Notes: a model not told the origin generated them from the sequence alone. DNA of 52,977 bases from an uncultured archaeon (GCA_964524375.1 CAZGES010000003.1:1-52977), one strand, 5' to 3'. Shown: positions 42,491 through 51,093, numbered from the stretch's first letter. Program-made: numbers and translations.

Positions 42491-42888
42491 GTGCTTTTCA
42501 CTTCCTTCTTTCGGAGACCCCAAATACCAATGACATCGGGTTCACCGAAATTGTCTTCATATGTTTGTATCGTGTTCCAAAAAGCTTCTCTATTCAGTTC
42601 ATTTTGTTTTTTGGAACCGTCAGAAGGAATGTGGTGGAGATATTTGCCGAATATTTTTGCCATTTGAAAGTAGAGTTTTGTGTGCATGATGCATTGGTGC
42701 CAATACTCGTCAATGACAGGCGGCGGGGACAATGTCTTTTTTGTTGATGCACAGAGGGCAAGGAATCGAAGCGTTTCTTTCTTTACTTTTTCAACCGAAT
42801 ATCCTTTCAAATCACACTCGGCAACTTTCTTATCTATGATAGAGTAGTCAAGTTTGTTCAATTTTTCAAATACGTGTTGGGCTTCCAT
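42487..42888 (-). CDS. His-motif protein resembling the GRDP-like/DUF1399 family (function unknown)
   Basis: ATG at 42888 (MEAQHVFEKL...). The conserved-looking core is VIDEYWHQCIMHTKLYFQMAKIFGKYLHHIP. The family assignment is from memory only. Confidence 0.55.
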   Translation of the reverse strand: MEAQHVFEKLNKLDYSIIDKKVAECDLKGYSVEKVKKETLRFLALCASTKKTLSPPPVIDEYWHQCIMHTKLYFQMAKIFGKYLHHIPSDGSKKQNELNREAFWNTIQTYEDNFGEPDVIGIWGLRKKEVKST

Positions 42889-42923
42889 TAGAACAAAGCC
42901 TGTCACGTGATTAATAGTCGTAC

Positions 42924-42967
42924 GGTTGAAACCAATTCAACCGCCAAGTTGATTTCCTTTCAACCGC
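42924..42967. promoter_or_regulatory. inverted and direct repeats in the divergent promoter region (candidate operator)
   Basis: GGTTGAA-ACCAA-TTCAACC is a perfect 7-bp inverted repeat. TTCAACCGC is repeated at 42936 and 42959, and the second copy abuts CCTATATTA (42968-42976). Confidence 0.35.
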
Positions 42968-43092
42968 GCCTATATTACTCGCGTGATAAGACTTCTCTTC
43001 ATGGTGCGTCATGCCAAATGGAAAATCGGGCGGAGCGAGCCTATCCCCTTTGTTTCTCCCCCGTTTTCCGTTGCGCGTGGGAAGTTGATCGT

Positions 43093-43458
43093 ATGAATTT
43101 GCGTGAGCAAGCATTGTTCAAAGCCGTTTCCTCGTTTGAGGACATTGGTTTCATGGAGTGGCACGCCCGTGTTTTGCGTGAGCTTTCCACGACTCCGTTG
43201 CCCGTCAAAGAGATTTCCCGCCGCACGGGATTGTTTCATTATCAAATTCAAGGCGTGCTGCAGGATTTGTTGGCGTTGCAATTGATCGAGTATACGCGCT
43301 ATGGTATTCAACTCATCGATGATTGGAGTGCTTTCGCACAATTAGTGGATTGTTGCGAAGGAAAGGGAAGAAAATCCTCGTACGATTGGGAGGCCGCGTT
43401 TGAGATTGCTCTTCCTCGTGTTGTGAGTTTGAAGAAGAAGTTTGATTTTGACGGGTGA
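43093..43458 (+). CDS. winged-helix transcriptional regulator (MarR/TrmB-like)
   Basis: WHARVLRELSTTPLPVKEISRRTGLFHYQIQGVLQDLLALQLIEY. An alternative in-frame ATG lies at 43018. The track ORF start at 42907 is implausible. Confidence 0.6.
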   Translation: MNLREQALFKAVSSFEDIGFMEWHARVLRELSTTPLPVKEISRRTGLFHYQIQGVLQDLLALQLIEYTRYGIQLIDDWSAFAQLVDCCEGKGRKSSYDWEAAFEIALPRVVSLKKKFDFDG

Positions 43459-44418
43459 TTATTTCGTCAAGTAAATATAGTATTCTCTCCGCGCCCACCA
43501 TGCATTCGTGGTGCGTTTAACGTTCCATTTTCCAATTTTATCCCCAACTTTAGGGATGGCATCCAAGTCTTTTCCACCCATGACTTTTTGCGTGAGAATA
43601 ACCTCGTTTGCGTGAGGATTTTTCTTGGCGAACGTAAGGAGTATTTTCCGCGCGTGCGCCGGGTTCACGTTAATATCCCCCACAATCAAATTAATATTCT
43701 GTTTGAGTTTGGGAGCGTCCTCGGCTTTTTTTGGGATGTATGTGACGCGCTTGTTTTTTTGCAGTTTCTTGTCAAGCGTGGTTTTGTCAATCGCAAACAC
43801 ATGCTTCGCTCCCCGCTCCACAAGGGATTCCGTCCACCCTCCGCTTCCGCACCCTAAATCCGCGATGGTTTTGTCTTTCACATTCACGTGCAACGTGGCG
43901 AGCAAATAGGTTAACTTTTTTCCCGAGCGCGTAACCGTTTTTTCTTCAGATGTTTTACTATCGGCGTACGGAAACATGTGCGCGTCCAGCGAAAAGGGTT
44001 CTTCTGACACGTAATATTTCTTCTTGTGCAGCAAAATGAACCAAATGTTGTGTTTAGTTTTCAAATCAATTTTAACCCCGGCTTTCTCCAATGCGATTCC
44101 ATTCTTCACTTCCAAGTCTCTTCCCGAGAGTTTCTCGTGTTCCACGGACCATCCGCGCAACGCGTGCGTGTCGTTTCGCGCAGCGTGTTTGATAATGTAC
44201 GCGCGCATTTTTTTATCATCCGTAAACCGTTTCACCATTTGTGCGTGAATCAAGTACGGTTGAATGCTTTCATTCTCGAACACGCTCGGCTTTGCCTTGA
44301 CTAAAAAATGGTGCTCTCCCGCAAAATCGGGTTTGAGTTTTTTTCGCGTTAAATATTCATGCATCTTCCGCGAAAAGTGCCTATTGTACGCGGCAAGAAA
44401 GAGTTTTTCGGCGGGCAT
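43459..44418 (-). CDS. SAM-dependent RNA methyltransferase, FtsJ/RlmM-like with an N-terminal THUMP-like region
   Basis: TRSGKKLTYLL...IADLGCGSGGWTESLVERGAKHVFAIDK fits the RlmM-type arrangement. Confidence 0.5.
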   Translation of the reverse strand: MPAEKLFLAAYNRHFSRKMHEYLTRKKLKPDFAGEHHFLVKAKPSVFENESIQPYLIHAQMVKRFTDDKKMRAYIIKHAARNDTHALRGWSVEHEKLSGRDLEVKNGIALEKAGVKIDLKTKHNIWFILLHKKKYYVSEEPFSLDAHMFPYADSKTSEEKTVTRSGKKLTYLLATLHVNVKDKTIADLGCGSGGWTESLVERGAKHVFAIDKTTLDKKLQKNKRVTYIPKKAEDAPKLKQNINLIVGDINVNPAHARKILLTFAKKNPHANEVILTQKVMGGKDLDAIPKVGDKIGKWNVKRTTNAWWARREYYIYLTK

Positions 44419-44442
44419 ACTATACTTGAATGCGTCGCGGAC

Positions 44443-45651
44443 TTAAAATCCCGCGTTTCGGAGGCGCTCAAATGCTTCCTTAATCTTGTCTTTTCCCGTC
44501 GCATAACTAATGCGTACGAATCCTTCTCCGTGCTTTCCAAATTCGTTTCCGGGCACCATGAGTACGCGGGCTTTTTTGAGCATGGTGTGAACAAATTCGG
44601 AAGAATTTTGCTTGGTTGAAACAATGCGCGGGAAAACATAGAACGCTCCCTCGGGTTCCACTTCCACGTGCAATGAGGGGGTGTCTTTCAGTAGTTTGAG
44701 TGTGAGTTTTCTTCTCTCATCATACGATTTTTTCATTCGCTCCACATTTGTTTTGTTCATGTCCAGCGCGGCCATGGCGCCATATTGGTTCGCCGTGCTG
44801 GCGGCGAGAGATGTGAAAATGTGTATTTGCGACATCTTTCGCACGAGTTCATGATGCCCCGCCACATATCCTAAGCGAAAACCTGGCATCGCATAACTCT
44901 TCGAAAAGGAATGGAATGTCAATACATGATCGTGCAGTCCGTTTAGCGACGCCATGCTTACATGTTTTCCTTTTCCGAAGCAGAACTTTTCATACGCTTC
45001 ATCGGAGAACACGATCAAATCATTTTCCACCGCAATGTCGGCAATCTCTTCCAAGACTTTCCGTTTCAACACTGTTCCCGTGGGGTTGGAGGGCGTGTTC
45101 AAAATAATCGCGCGCGTTTTTTTGGTAATTTTTCCTTTCATTTCTTCCGGGTGGATTTGAAAACCATCTTTATCGGAGAGTTTGTAGGATACGGGTTCGC
45201 CCGTCACTAAATCCACCATGGGGGCATAGGCGAGAAACGCTGGGTTGGGCACTAATACTTCTTCTCCCGCGTCCACCACCGTCATGAGTCCCATCAACAG
45301 CGCTTCCGTGCTTCCGGCGGTGACGCAAATCTCACTCATGGGGTCGTCCAATGAAATATGATTTTCTTTTTTCAGTTTGCGAGCGATCTTTTCGCGAAGG
45401 GTTGGGAGTCCGGGGATGCTTGAATAATGCGTCTTCCCCTCTTGCAGGGCTTTCACCGTGGCATTAATTACGGGCGTTGGTGCATCGAAATCGGGCTCGC
45501 CGGGACCGAGTGAAATAACGCTTTTGTCTTCCTTCGCAATGCGCATAATATTTTCAAATTCCGAATCGGGCAATTCTTGCACGCGTTCGGAAAGAATGTG
45601 TCCCCAGCGCGATTTGGAAATGCGCTTGTTTCGCGACAAAAAATGGTGCAT
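44443..45651 (-). CDS. class I/II PLP-dependent aminotransferase (aspartate aminotransferase-like)
   Basis: SFSKSYAMPGFRLGY contains the PLP lysine motif. 402 aa. Confidence 0.9.
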   Translation of the reverse strand: MHHFLSRNKRISKSRWGHILSERVQELPDSEFENIMRIAKEDKSVISLGPGEPDFDAPTPVINATVKALQEGKTHYSSIPGLPTLREKIARKLKKENHISLDDPMSEICVTAGSTEALLMGLMTVVDAGEEVLVPNPAFLAYAPMVDLVTGEPVSYKLSDKDGFQIHPEEMKGKITKKTRAIILNTPSNPTGTVLKRKVLEEIADIAVENDLIVFSDEAYEKFCFGKGKHVSMASLNGLHDHVLTFHSFSKSYAMPGFRLGYVAGHHELVRKMSQIHIFTSLAASTANQYGAMAALDMNKTNVERMKKSYDERRKLTLKLLKDTPSLHVEVEPEGAFYVFPRIVSTKQNSSEFVHTMLKKARVLMVPGNEFGKHGEGFVRISYATGKDKIKEAFERLRNAGF

Positions 45652-46307
45652 TATTTTCCCTCGATGATTCGCACGTCCACCGCTTGTACGTTTGTTTGAG
45701 TGGCGATGACCGGGTTCAAATCAAGCTCGCGTATTTTTCCACTGGTCATGAGTTTTGAAACCCCTGCGAGAATTTTTTTCAAATCCGAAAAATTAATTCC
45801 TTTTTGCCCGCGCGTTCCTTCCAAAATAGGGTGGATTTTCAATTCATGAATCATTTCATCCATATCCGCGTTTGACAACGGGGCGATGCGCACACTCGAA
45901 TCCTTGAAAACTTCCGTGTACACGCCACCCATTCCCACTAATACGGTGGGGCCGAATTGCGGGTCCATTTTTCCTCCCACAATAATTTCGATTCCTTTGC
46001 GCATGGGCTGCACGACCACATACTCACACCCGGGGATTTTTTTCATGAATTTGAACGCGGCGAACGCTTCCACATCATTTGAAATGTTCAACTTCACGCC
46101 GCCCACATCTGTTTTGTGAATAAGTTTCTTTCCCACCGCTTTCATGACCCACGGAAAAGGAATCTTCTTACTTGTCGTGTGAATTTGTTTTTCGCTTTTC
46201 ACTCCCGCGCTCGGTATGAATGGCACGCCTGCTTTTTGGACAACTTGTAACGAGGAGAGAAAGTCCTTCTGTGAAATTGTTTTCATTTCTTTTTTGGCGG
46301 GTTTCAT
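45651..46307 (-). CDS. ADP-forming acetyl-CoA synthetase beta-subunit-like ATP-grasp protein
   Basis: VMKAVGKKLIHKTDVGGVKLNI...GPTVLVGMGGVYTEVFKDSSVRIAPL...ELDLNPVIA. The stop overlaps the aminotransferase ATG (TAATG). Start set to the ATG at 46307, because the track start is TTG. Confidence 0.78.
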   Translation of the reverse strand: MKPAKKEMKTISQKDFLSSLQVVQKAGVPFIPSAGVKSEKQIHTTSKKIPFPWVMKAVGKKLIHKTDVGGVKLNISNDVEAFAAFKFMKKIPGCEYVVVQPMRKGIEIIVGGKMDPQFGPTVLVGMGGVYTEVFKDSSVRIAPLSNADMDEMIHELKIHPILEGTRGQKGINFSDLKKILAGVSKLMTSGKIRELDLNPVIATQTNVQAVDVRIIEGK

Positions 46308-46338
46308 GTGTTCACGTTCTTTTTCGTCTTTAAAATGA

Positions 46339-46998
46339 TTAGGCCAGTCGTTCAATGAATACCGTAAAATCCTTCACTGCGACTCGAATTTTCGTTTGAG
46401 TGGGATCGAGGGCTTCTTGCCAAAATTCAGTAAACCCTGTTTTTACTACCGGGTTGAAGACGATTCGGCCGCCCACTTTTAACATGGGAATGAGTTCGTG
46501 AATGTGTTCGATTAAGAATTGCACATTTCCATTTTTTCCTTTTCCTGCCAAGTGATGTATTCCAGAATGGGAATAAATCAGGTCGATTCCTCCTAGTTTT
46601 TTGAAATAGCGCAGCGCTCGTTGCGGTGATTCTTGGATGAATTGCACGTTGGAAGGGTGTGCCCACTCGGCGTAAGAGTCCTTACCATATCCGAACGCCC
46701 GGACGTTTTTTTCTTCTCCGATGGTCCGTATCGCATCGCCTGTTCCGCAGCCCCAGTCCACTACCGTGGCCGGTTTCCCAGTCTCTCGAATCCGTTTGCG
46801 CAAAAATACCCTAGGACTAAAACCCATTATTTTGGCTAATTGCAAATACGGCGTGCGATTGATATCCCAGGGGTCGGCAGGATAGTATCGTTTGGCCGTG
46901 CGTCTCCGTAAAACATTCCGGTTGACGTTAATTCGTTGTCCTAGTTTGGGATAGTTAGGTCTTGTTCGTGTACTTCTATTTTTCCCATATACCGGCAT
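46339..46998 (-). CDS. class I SAM-dependent methyltransferase
   Basis: Motif I VVDWGCGTGDAI, plus LKVGGRIVFNP. It has a basic N-terminal extension. Confidence 0.6.
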   Translation of the reverse strand: MPVYGKNRSTRTRPNYPKLGQRINVNRNVLRRRTAKRYYPADPWDINRTPYLQLAKIMGFSPRVFLRKRIRETGKPATVVDWGCGTGDAIRTIGEEKNVRAFGYGKDSYAEWAHPSNVQFIQESPQRALRYFKKLGGIDLIYSHSGIHHLAGKGKNGNVQFLIEHIHELIPMLKVGGRIVFNPVVKTGFTEFWQEALDPTQTKIRVAVKDFTVFIERLA

Positions 46999-47214
46999 TC
47001 TCCTCTCAACGGATTCCCCCTTTATAGCCTTATTTTAGACTTTTAACGGCATTTTGGGCTTCTTTTTATAAAGTCCCCCTCACACAAGTTAGTTGAATAT
47101 AGCATTTGAACGTATTTTTCGTTCCGTTTTGACCCGGTCGGGGTCCGTATTAATTGGGTGCACGCCTGTGCCCGGAACGCTGCGAAAAAGATAGCAATGC
47201 AGGAAAAAAAAACT

Positions 47215-48489
47215 ATGAGTAACTACACGTTAACCGTCCACGGGGCGGGAAAAGAAATTGGCCGTTCAAGTTTCGTGCTTGAAGCCGAAAATGAAAACAT
47301 TTTGATGGATTACGGTGTGAAATTCACCCCCGAAGAAACCGCGTATCCGGTTCCATTAACCAAAAAACTCGATGCTGCGATTTTGTCGCACGCACACTTC
47401 GACCATTCGGGATTTGTTCCCCACTTGTTTGTGGATAACCCCACACACTTGTTCACGACCAAACCCACGCTCGAATTAAGTAAGATGTTGTGGGCCGACT
47501 CGTTGAAGATTGCCGCACAAGAGGGAGAAACTCCCGCGTATTCCAAAGCGCACATCGCCGCTGCGGAAACAAACGCCGTGGGAATGAATTACCGCAAGCC
47601 GGTGGACATTACGCCCAATGCACGACTCGAATTTTTTGATGCCGGACACATTTTAGGCTCTGCCATGTGTAAGGTTGATTTGAAAAAGAAAAGTTTTGTG
47701 TATTCGGGAGACTTCATGGTCTCTCCTATTCGTTTGCACAATGGTGCGGACATCAAATCCATTGGTAAAGTGGATTACTTGATGATGGAATCCACGTACG
47801 GTAATCGCGTCCACCCGGATCGTGAAAAAACCATTCAACAGTTCATGGCAAAAATCCGCGAAACACTTGACCGAGGCGGTCACGTCATTATTGCGGCGTT
47901 TGCTATTGGAAGAAGTCAGGAAATTTTGGACATCTTGTTTGAGTATGGAGTAGATGCCCCTGTTTTCGTGGATGGAATGTCACGCAAGGCAACGGAAATT
48001 TACCACCAATTCCCTCAATACAATTCCAAACCCAAGGTGGTGCAGCGTATGTTAGAGCAATTGAACTTCGTTGAGCACCCTGGAATTCGTAAACAGACGT
48101 TGAAGCAGCCGAGTGTTATTGTTACAACCGCCGGAATGCTCGAAGGCGGTCCCGTCATGTTCTATTTGGACAAGCTCCACGCGGATGAGCGAAACTCGTT
48201 GCTCATTACCGGGTACCAAGTTCAAGGAACCAAAGGACGCACCTTGTTAGAAACCGGAAAAATCGAATTGGACCACGGCACCGTAGAACCTAAACTCGAA
48301 ATCCAGCGCTTTGATTTCTCCGCGCATTCAGGAAAGGATGACTTGTTGCGAACCATCAAGACACTCTCTCCGGAGCATCTCATTTTGATTCATGGGGATG
48401 TGAAAATCAGCGGCGATTTCACCGCGGAGCTGAAAGAGCAAGGCTTCAAAGTCAGCAACCCCGGCGTGGGAGAAACAGTTCAGCTGTAA
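47215..48489 (+). CDS. metallo-beta-lactamase/beta-CASP ribonuclease (aCPSF2-like, no KH domains)
   Basis: HAHFDHSG (HxHxDH), the DAGHILGS motif, and C-terminal HGD. The likely start is the ATG at 47215 (MSNYTLTVHGAG), with an alternative at 47197. Confidence 0.85.
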   Translation: MSNYTLTVHGAGKEIGRSSFVLEAENENILMDYGVKFTPEETAYPVPLTKKLDAAILSHAHFDHSGFVPHLFVDNPTHLFTTKPTLELSKMLWADSLKIAAQEGETPAYSKAHIAAAETNAVGMNYRKPVDITPNARLEFFDAGHILGSAMCKVDLKKKSFVYSGDFMVSPIRLHNGADIKSIGKVDYLMMESTYGNRVHPDREKTIQQFMAKIRETLDRGGHVIIAAFAIGRSQEILDILFEYGVDAPVFVDGMSRKATEIYHQFPQYNSKPKVVQRMLEQLNFVEHPGIRKQTLKQPSVIVTTAGMLEGGPVMFYLDKLHADERNSLLITGYQVQGTKGRTLLETGKIELDHGTVEPKLEIQRFDFSAHSGKDDLLRTIKTLSPEHLILIHGDVKISGDFTAELKEQGFKVSNPGVGETVQL

Positions 48490-48534
48490 ACGGGGAATAT
48501 TTATTCCTTGTTTTTTCAGTAGCGGTGTGCGTGT

Positions 48535-49266
48535 ATGGCTTCCAAATACTCTCACCCGCCCTGCCCTAAATGCGGTTTGTCCGAAGGCAAGTCGTTTGTG
48601 GGAATGTTCTGCACCGAATGCTACTTGAAAGACCATCCTAGCTTAATCAAAATTCCTTCCAAGATGGAAATTGAAAAATGCAAGCGCTGCGGAAAAATTA
48701 GATTAAACGGACGGTGGGCCGAGTGGACGAATGAAGCCGTGCACAAGTGGATTCAAGACCACGTCAATGCGAAAGCCCTGCAGGCGCCTGAAATTTCCAT
48801 TGAGATGAAACCGCATCCCAAGGAAGAAAAAGAATTCCGCCTCAAAATTAACATTAAAGGAGAAGTGGAAAATTCTCCCGTGGATGTGACGCTGCATTCA
48901 ACATTGTTCATTCGCTCCAACATTTGCAATGATGACATGCTCATTACCTCAGACTATTACGAAGGCATTGTTCAAGTTCGTTTTTCCGAAAAAACCGTGG
49001 AGAAAATCCGCGCGGTGCAGGATGAAATCGTCGCCGCGCTGGCTCCGTTGCAAAAATTGGATTCAAAGGCCGTTGTAGTGAATTGGATTTTGCAGGATTT
49101 TGGTATTGATGCGTGGATTGTTTCCAAAAAGGGTGCGAAAGCCGCTGCCGTTGCCGTGTCGCGCGCCCACGGAGGAACGATGTCCGTGTCTGGAAAACTG
49201 ATAGGCTTGGATGTGCACACGTCTAAAACAAAAAATAGGCTGACTTTTTTAGTGCGGATTCCGTGA
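48535..49266 (+). CDS. NMD3-family protein (ribosome large-subunit biogenesis)
   Basis: N-terminal CPKCG...CTEC...CKRCGK...W fits the 4xCxxC NMD3 pattern. 243 aa. Confidence 0.6.
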   Translation: MASKYSHPPCPKCGLSEGKSFVGMFCTECYLKDHPSLIKIPSKMEIEKCKRCGKIRLNGRWAEWTNEAVHKWIQDHVNAKALQAPEISIEMKPHPKEEKEFRLKINIKGEVENSPVDVTLHSTLFIRSNICNDDMLITSDYYEGIVQVRFSEKTVEKIRAVQDEIVAALAPLQKLDSKAVVVNWILQDFGIDAWIVSKKGAKAAAVAVSRAHGGTMSVSGKLIGLDVHTSKTKNRLTFLVRIP

Positions 49267-49308
49267 CTAAAACTATCTATTTAATTTTTATTTTATCTTT
49301 TTTTATAA

Positions 49309-50010
49309 TCACGTCTCATTCCCTTTCATTGCTTCTATCACTTTTTCGACGGGCATCATGGTCACAATGAGTGGAATTTTCTCGTTTTCGGCGATGCGTC
49401 GTGCAATCGGGTCTACTTTTTGGCAGCCGTGCAGCACGACAACGGATGGTCGCATTTCCGTGGCGAAGCGCCCCACTTTAACGGCGATGAGTGGAGAGCG
49501 TCCATTTTCCACTTGCGTGAAAATAAGTGCGCGCTCCGGAGTTTTACCATACATTTGCAAATACTCATGCACGGGGACGTCCAAAATGACTTTCAGCGAA
49601 TCAATGATCGTGTACCCATACAATGTCAATTCTTTCAAGCGCAGAGGATTGGCAATGCATTCTCCTTCAATTTTTTCCATGAATTCTTTTCCGTTTATTC
49701 CTGAATTAAATTCGTGAATGTCAAAAACCTTGTCCACCGGCCCTTCTTGGCGAGAAAGCTGCGTCGCAACCTTCGCCCCGCGCGTCTTGTCTATTTCCAA
49801 CAGCGCTTCCACGAGGCGATTAATCACGGCAATTCCCGGACTCTTTCTCCGTCCCCCTTCATAATCTGAAATGGTGGAGGAAGAAACGTGCAAAAATTCC
49901 GCCAATTCCGTTTGAGAAATGCCGAAAATCTCTCGCCATTTCTTCATCGAGCCGCCCGGGTCTTTTGATAGGGTTATTTCTCCGGCGATGGTGACTTTGA
50001 GCTGGTCCAT
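49309..50010 (-). CDS. XRE-family HTH regulator with a C-terminal alpha/beta (DRTGG-like) domain
   Basis: GISQTELAEFLHVSSSTISDYEGGRR is an HTH_3 motif. The C-terminal VVVLHGCQKVDPIARRIAENEKIPLIVT fits the alpha/beta domain. Confidence 0.7.
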   Translation of the reverse strand: MDQLKVTIAGEITLSKDPGGSMKKWREIFGISQTELAEFLHVSSSTISDYEGGRRKSPGIAVINRLVEALLEIDKTRGAKVATQLSRQEGPVDKVFDIHEFNSGINGKEFMEKIEGECIANPLRLKELTLYGYTIIDSLKVILDVPVHEYLQMYGKTPERALIFTQVENGRSPLIAVKVGRFATEMRPSVVVLHGCQKVDPIARRIAENEKIPLIVTMMPVEKVIEAMKGNET

Positions 50011-50059
50011 GCGCCAAACATCGGTAAACGTCTATTTAAATCTACGTCAAAAAGCGTTC

Positions 50060-50446
50060 TCATGTTTTTGTGTTGACGAAAGTTTGTCCGCCGTTCACAC
50101 GGCATTGCTCCGGGTAACTCTCCATAATGGGGTAACCCGCGGCCACACATGCTTCATACGAGTCCACGTCATTCACTCCCGGGATGATTTGCACCACCGT
50201 TTGTCCGTCCGGCCACACGCATTTCGCGGGGTAGATTTTCAAAATGGGGTTTCCTGCCGCGACGCAGGTTTCATACGGGGTTTCATACGTCGTTACCACG
50301 TGCGTGGGAATGAAGTACATTACCGCGAGAATAACCAGGAGAATAATCGCTCCCACTCCCGCCGCGGCGAGTTTGAGGAATGTGATTCCAACCGGTTCTT
50401 TTTCCGCGAGAGGTTTTTGGGGGTGTTTTTTGGTTTTAATGCTCAT
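50060..50446 (-). CDS. membrane-anchored protein with a duplicated Cys module
   Basis: An N-terminal TM helix is followed by YETCVAAGNPILKIYPAKCVWPDGQTVV and YEACVAAGYPIMESYPEQCRVNGGQTFV. Confidence 0.6.
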   Translation of the reverse strand: MSIKTKKHPQKPLAEKEPVGITFLKLAAAGVGAIILLVILAVMYFIPTHVVTTYETPYETCVAAGNPILKIYPAKCVWPDGQTVVQIIPGVNDVDSYEACVAAGYPIMESYPEQCRVNGGQTFVNTKT

Positions 50447-50538
50447 ATTACGTTGAGCGTAATTTTTCCTTTTAATTCGTTTGGTTTGTTCAGGATTTTT
50501 CCGCGCAGGCTTATAATGCGTACTAATGAGTAGTGTGA

Positions 50539-50949
50539 ATGCCTGCTAAAAAAGAAAAACCCCTTTCCATGAATGATGAAAAAGTTTGGAAGAAGAAATT
50601 GTCGCCGGAGCAATACCATGTGCTCCGCGAGAAGGGAACGGAAGCCCCGTTCACGGGAAAGTATGTTCACACCAAAGACAAAGGGATGTACACGTGCGCG
50701 GCGTGCGGAGCGAAATTATTTTCCTCCGATGCGAAGTTTGACTCTGGAACGGGCTGGCCGAGTTTTGATGAACCCGCGAACTTGAAAAATATTGAATTGA
50801 AAGAAGATAATTCTCATTTCATGCATCGCGTGGAAGTGAATTGTAAAACGTGCGGTTCGCACTTAGGACACGTTTTCGACGACGGTCCCACGAAAACGAG
50901 GAAGCGTTTTTGTATTAATTCATGTTCGCTCGAATTCAAGAAGAAATGA
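50539..50949 (+). CDS. msrB: peptide-methionine (R)-S-oxide reductase MsrB
   Basis: CAACGAKLF...GTGWPSF...CKTCGSHLGHVFDDGP...RFCINS includes the catalytic Cys. Confidence 0.93.
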   Translation: MPAKKEKPLSMNDEKVWKKKLSPEQYHVLREKGTEAPFTGKYVHTKDKGMYTCAACGAKLFSSDAKFDSGTGWPSFDEPANLKNIELKEDNSHFMHRVEVNCKTCGSHLGHVFDDGPTKTRKRFCINSCSLEFKKK

Positions 50950-50957
50950 ATTAGAAA

Positions 50958-51029
50958 AGCCTCCGACGGGAGTTGAACCCGCGACCTCCAGTTTACGAAA
51001 CTGGCGCTCTGCCACTGAGCTACGGAGGC
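50958..51029 (-). tRNA. tRNA-Thr (CGU)
   Basis: Acceptor GCCTCCG/CGGAGGC, D arm GCTC-AGTGGCA-GAGC, anticodon arm CCAGT-TTCGTAA-ACTGG, T arm GCGGG-TTCAACT-CCCGT. No CCA. Confidence 0.92.
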
Positions 51030-51093
51030 ATTTTTGGCCTATTCTAAGCAAAAACCGGTCGGGAATGCTTTAAAACGGCGCGGTGGGCGAGTT

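Noticed and set aside
42907-43092. The track start at 42907 for the wHTH regulator (183 aa).
   Set aside because: It would begin immediately next to the divergent gene and read through the promoter and operator repeats. The wHTH similarity begins after the ATG at 43093, with 43018 remaining possible.
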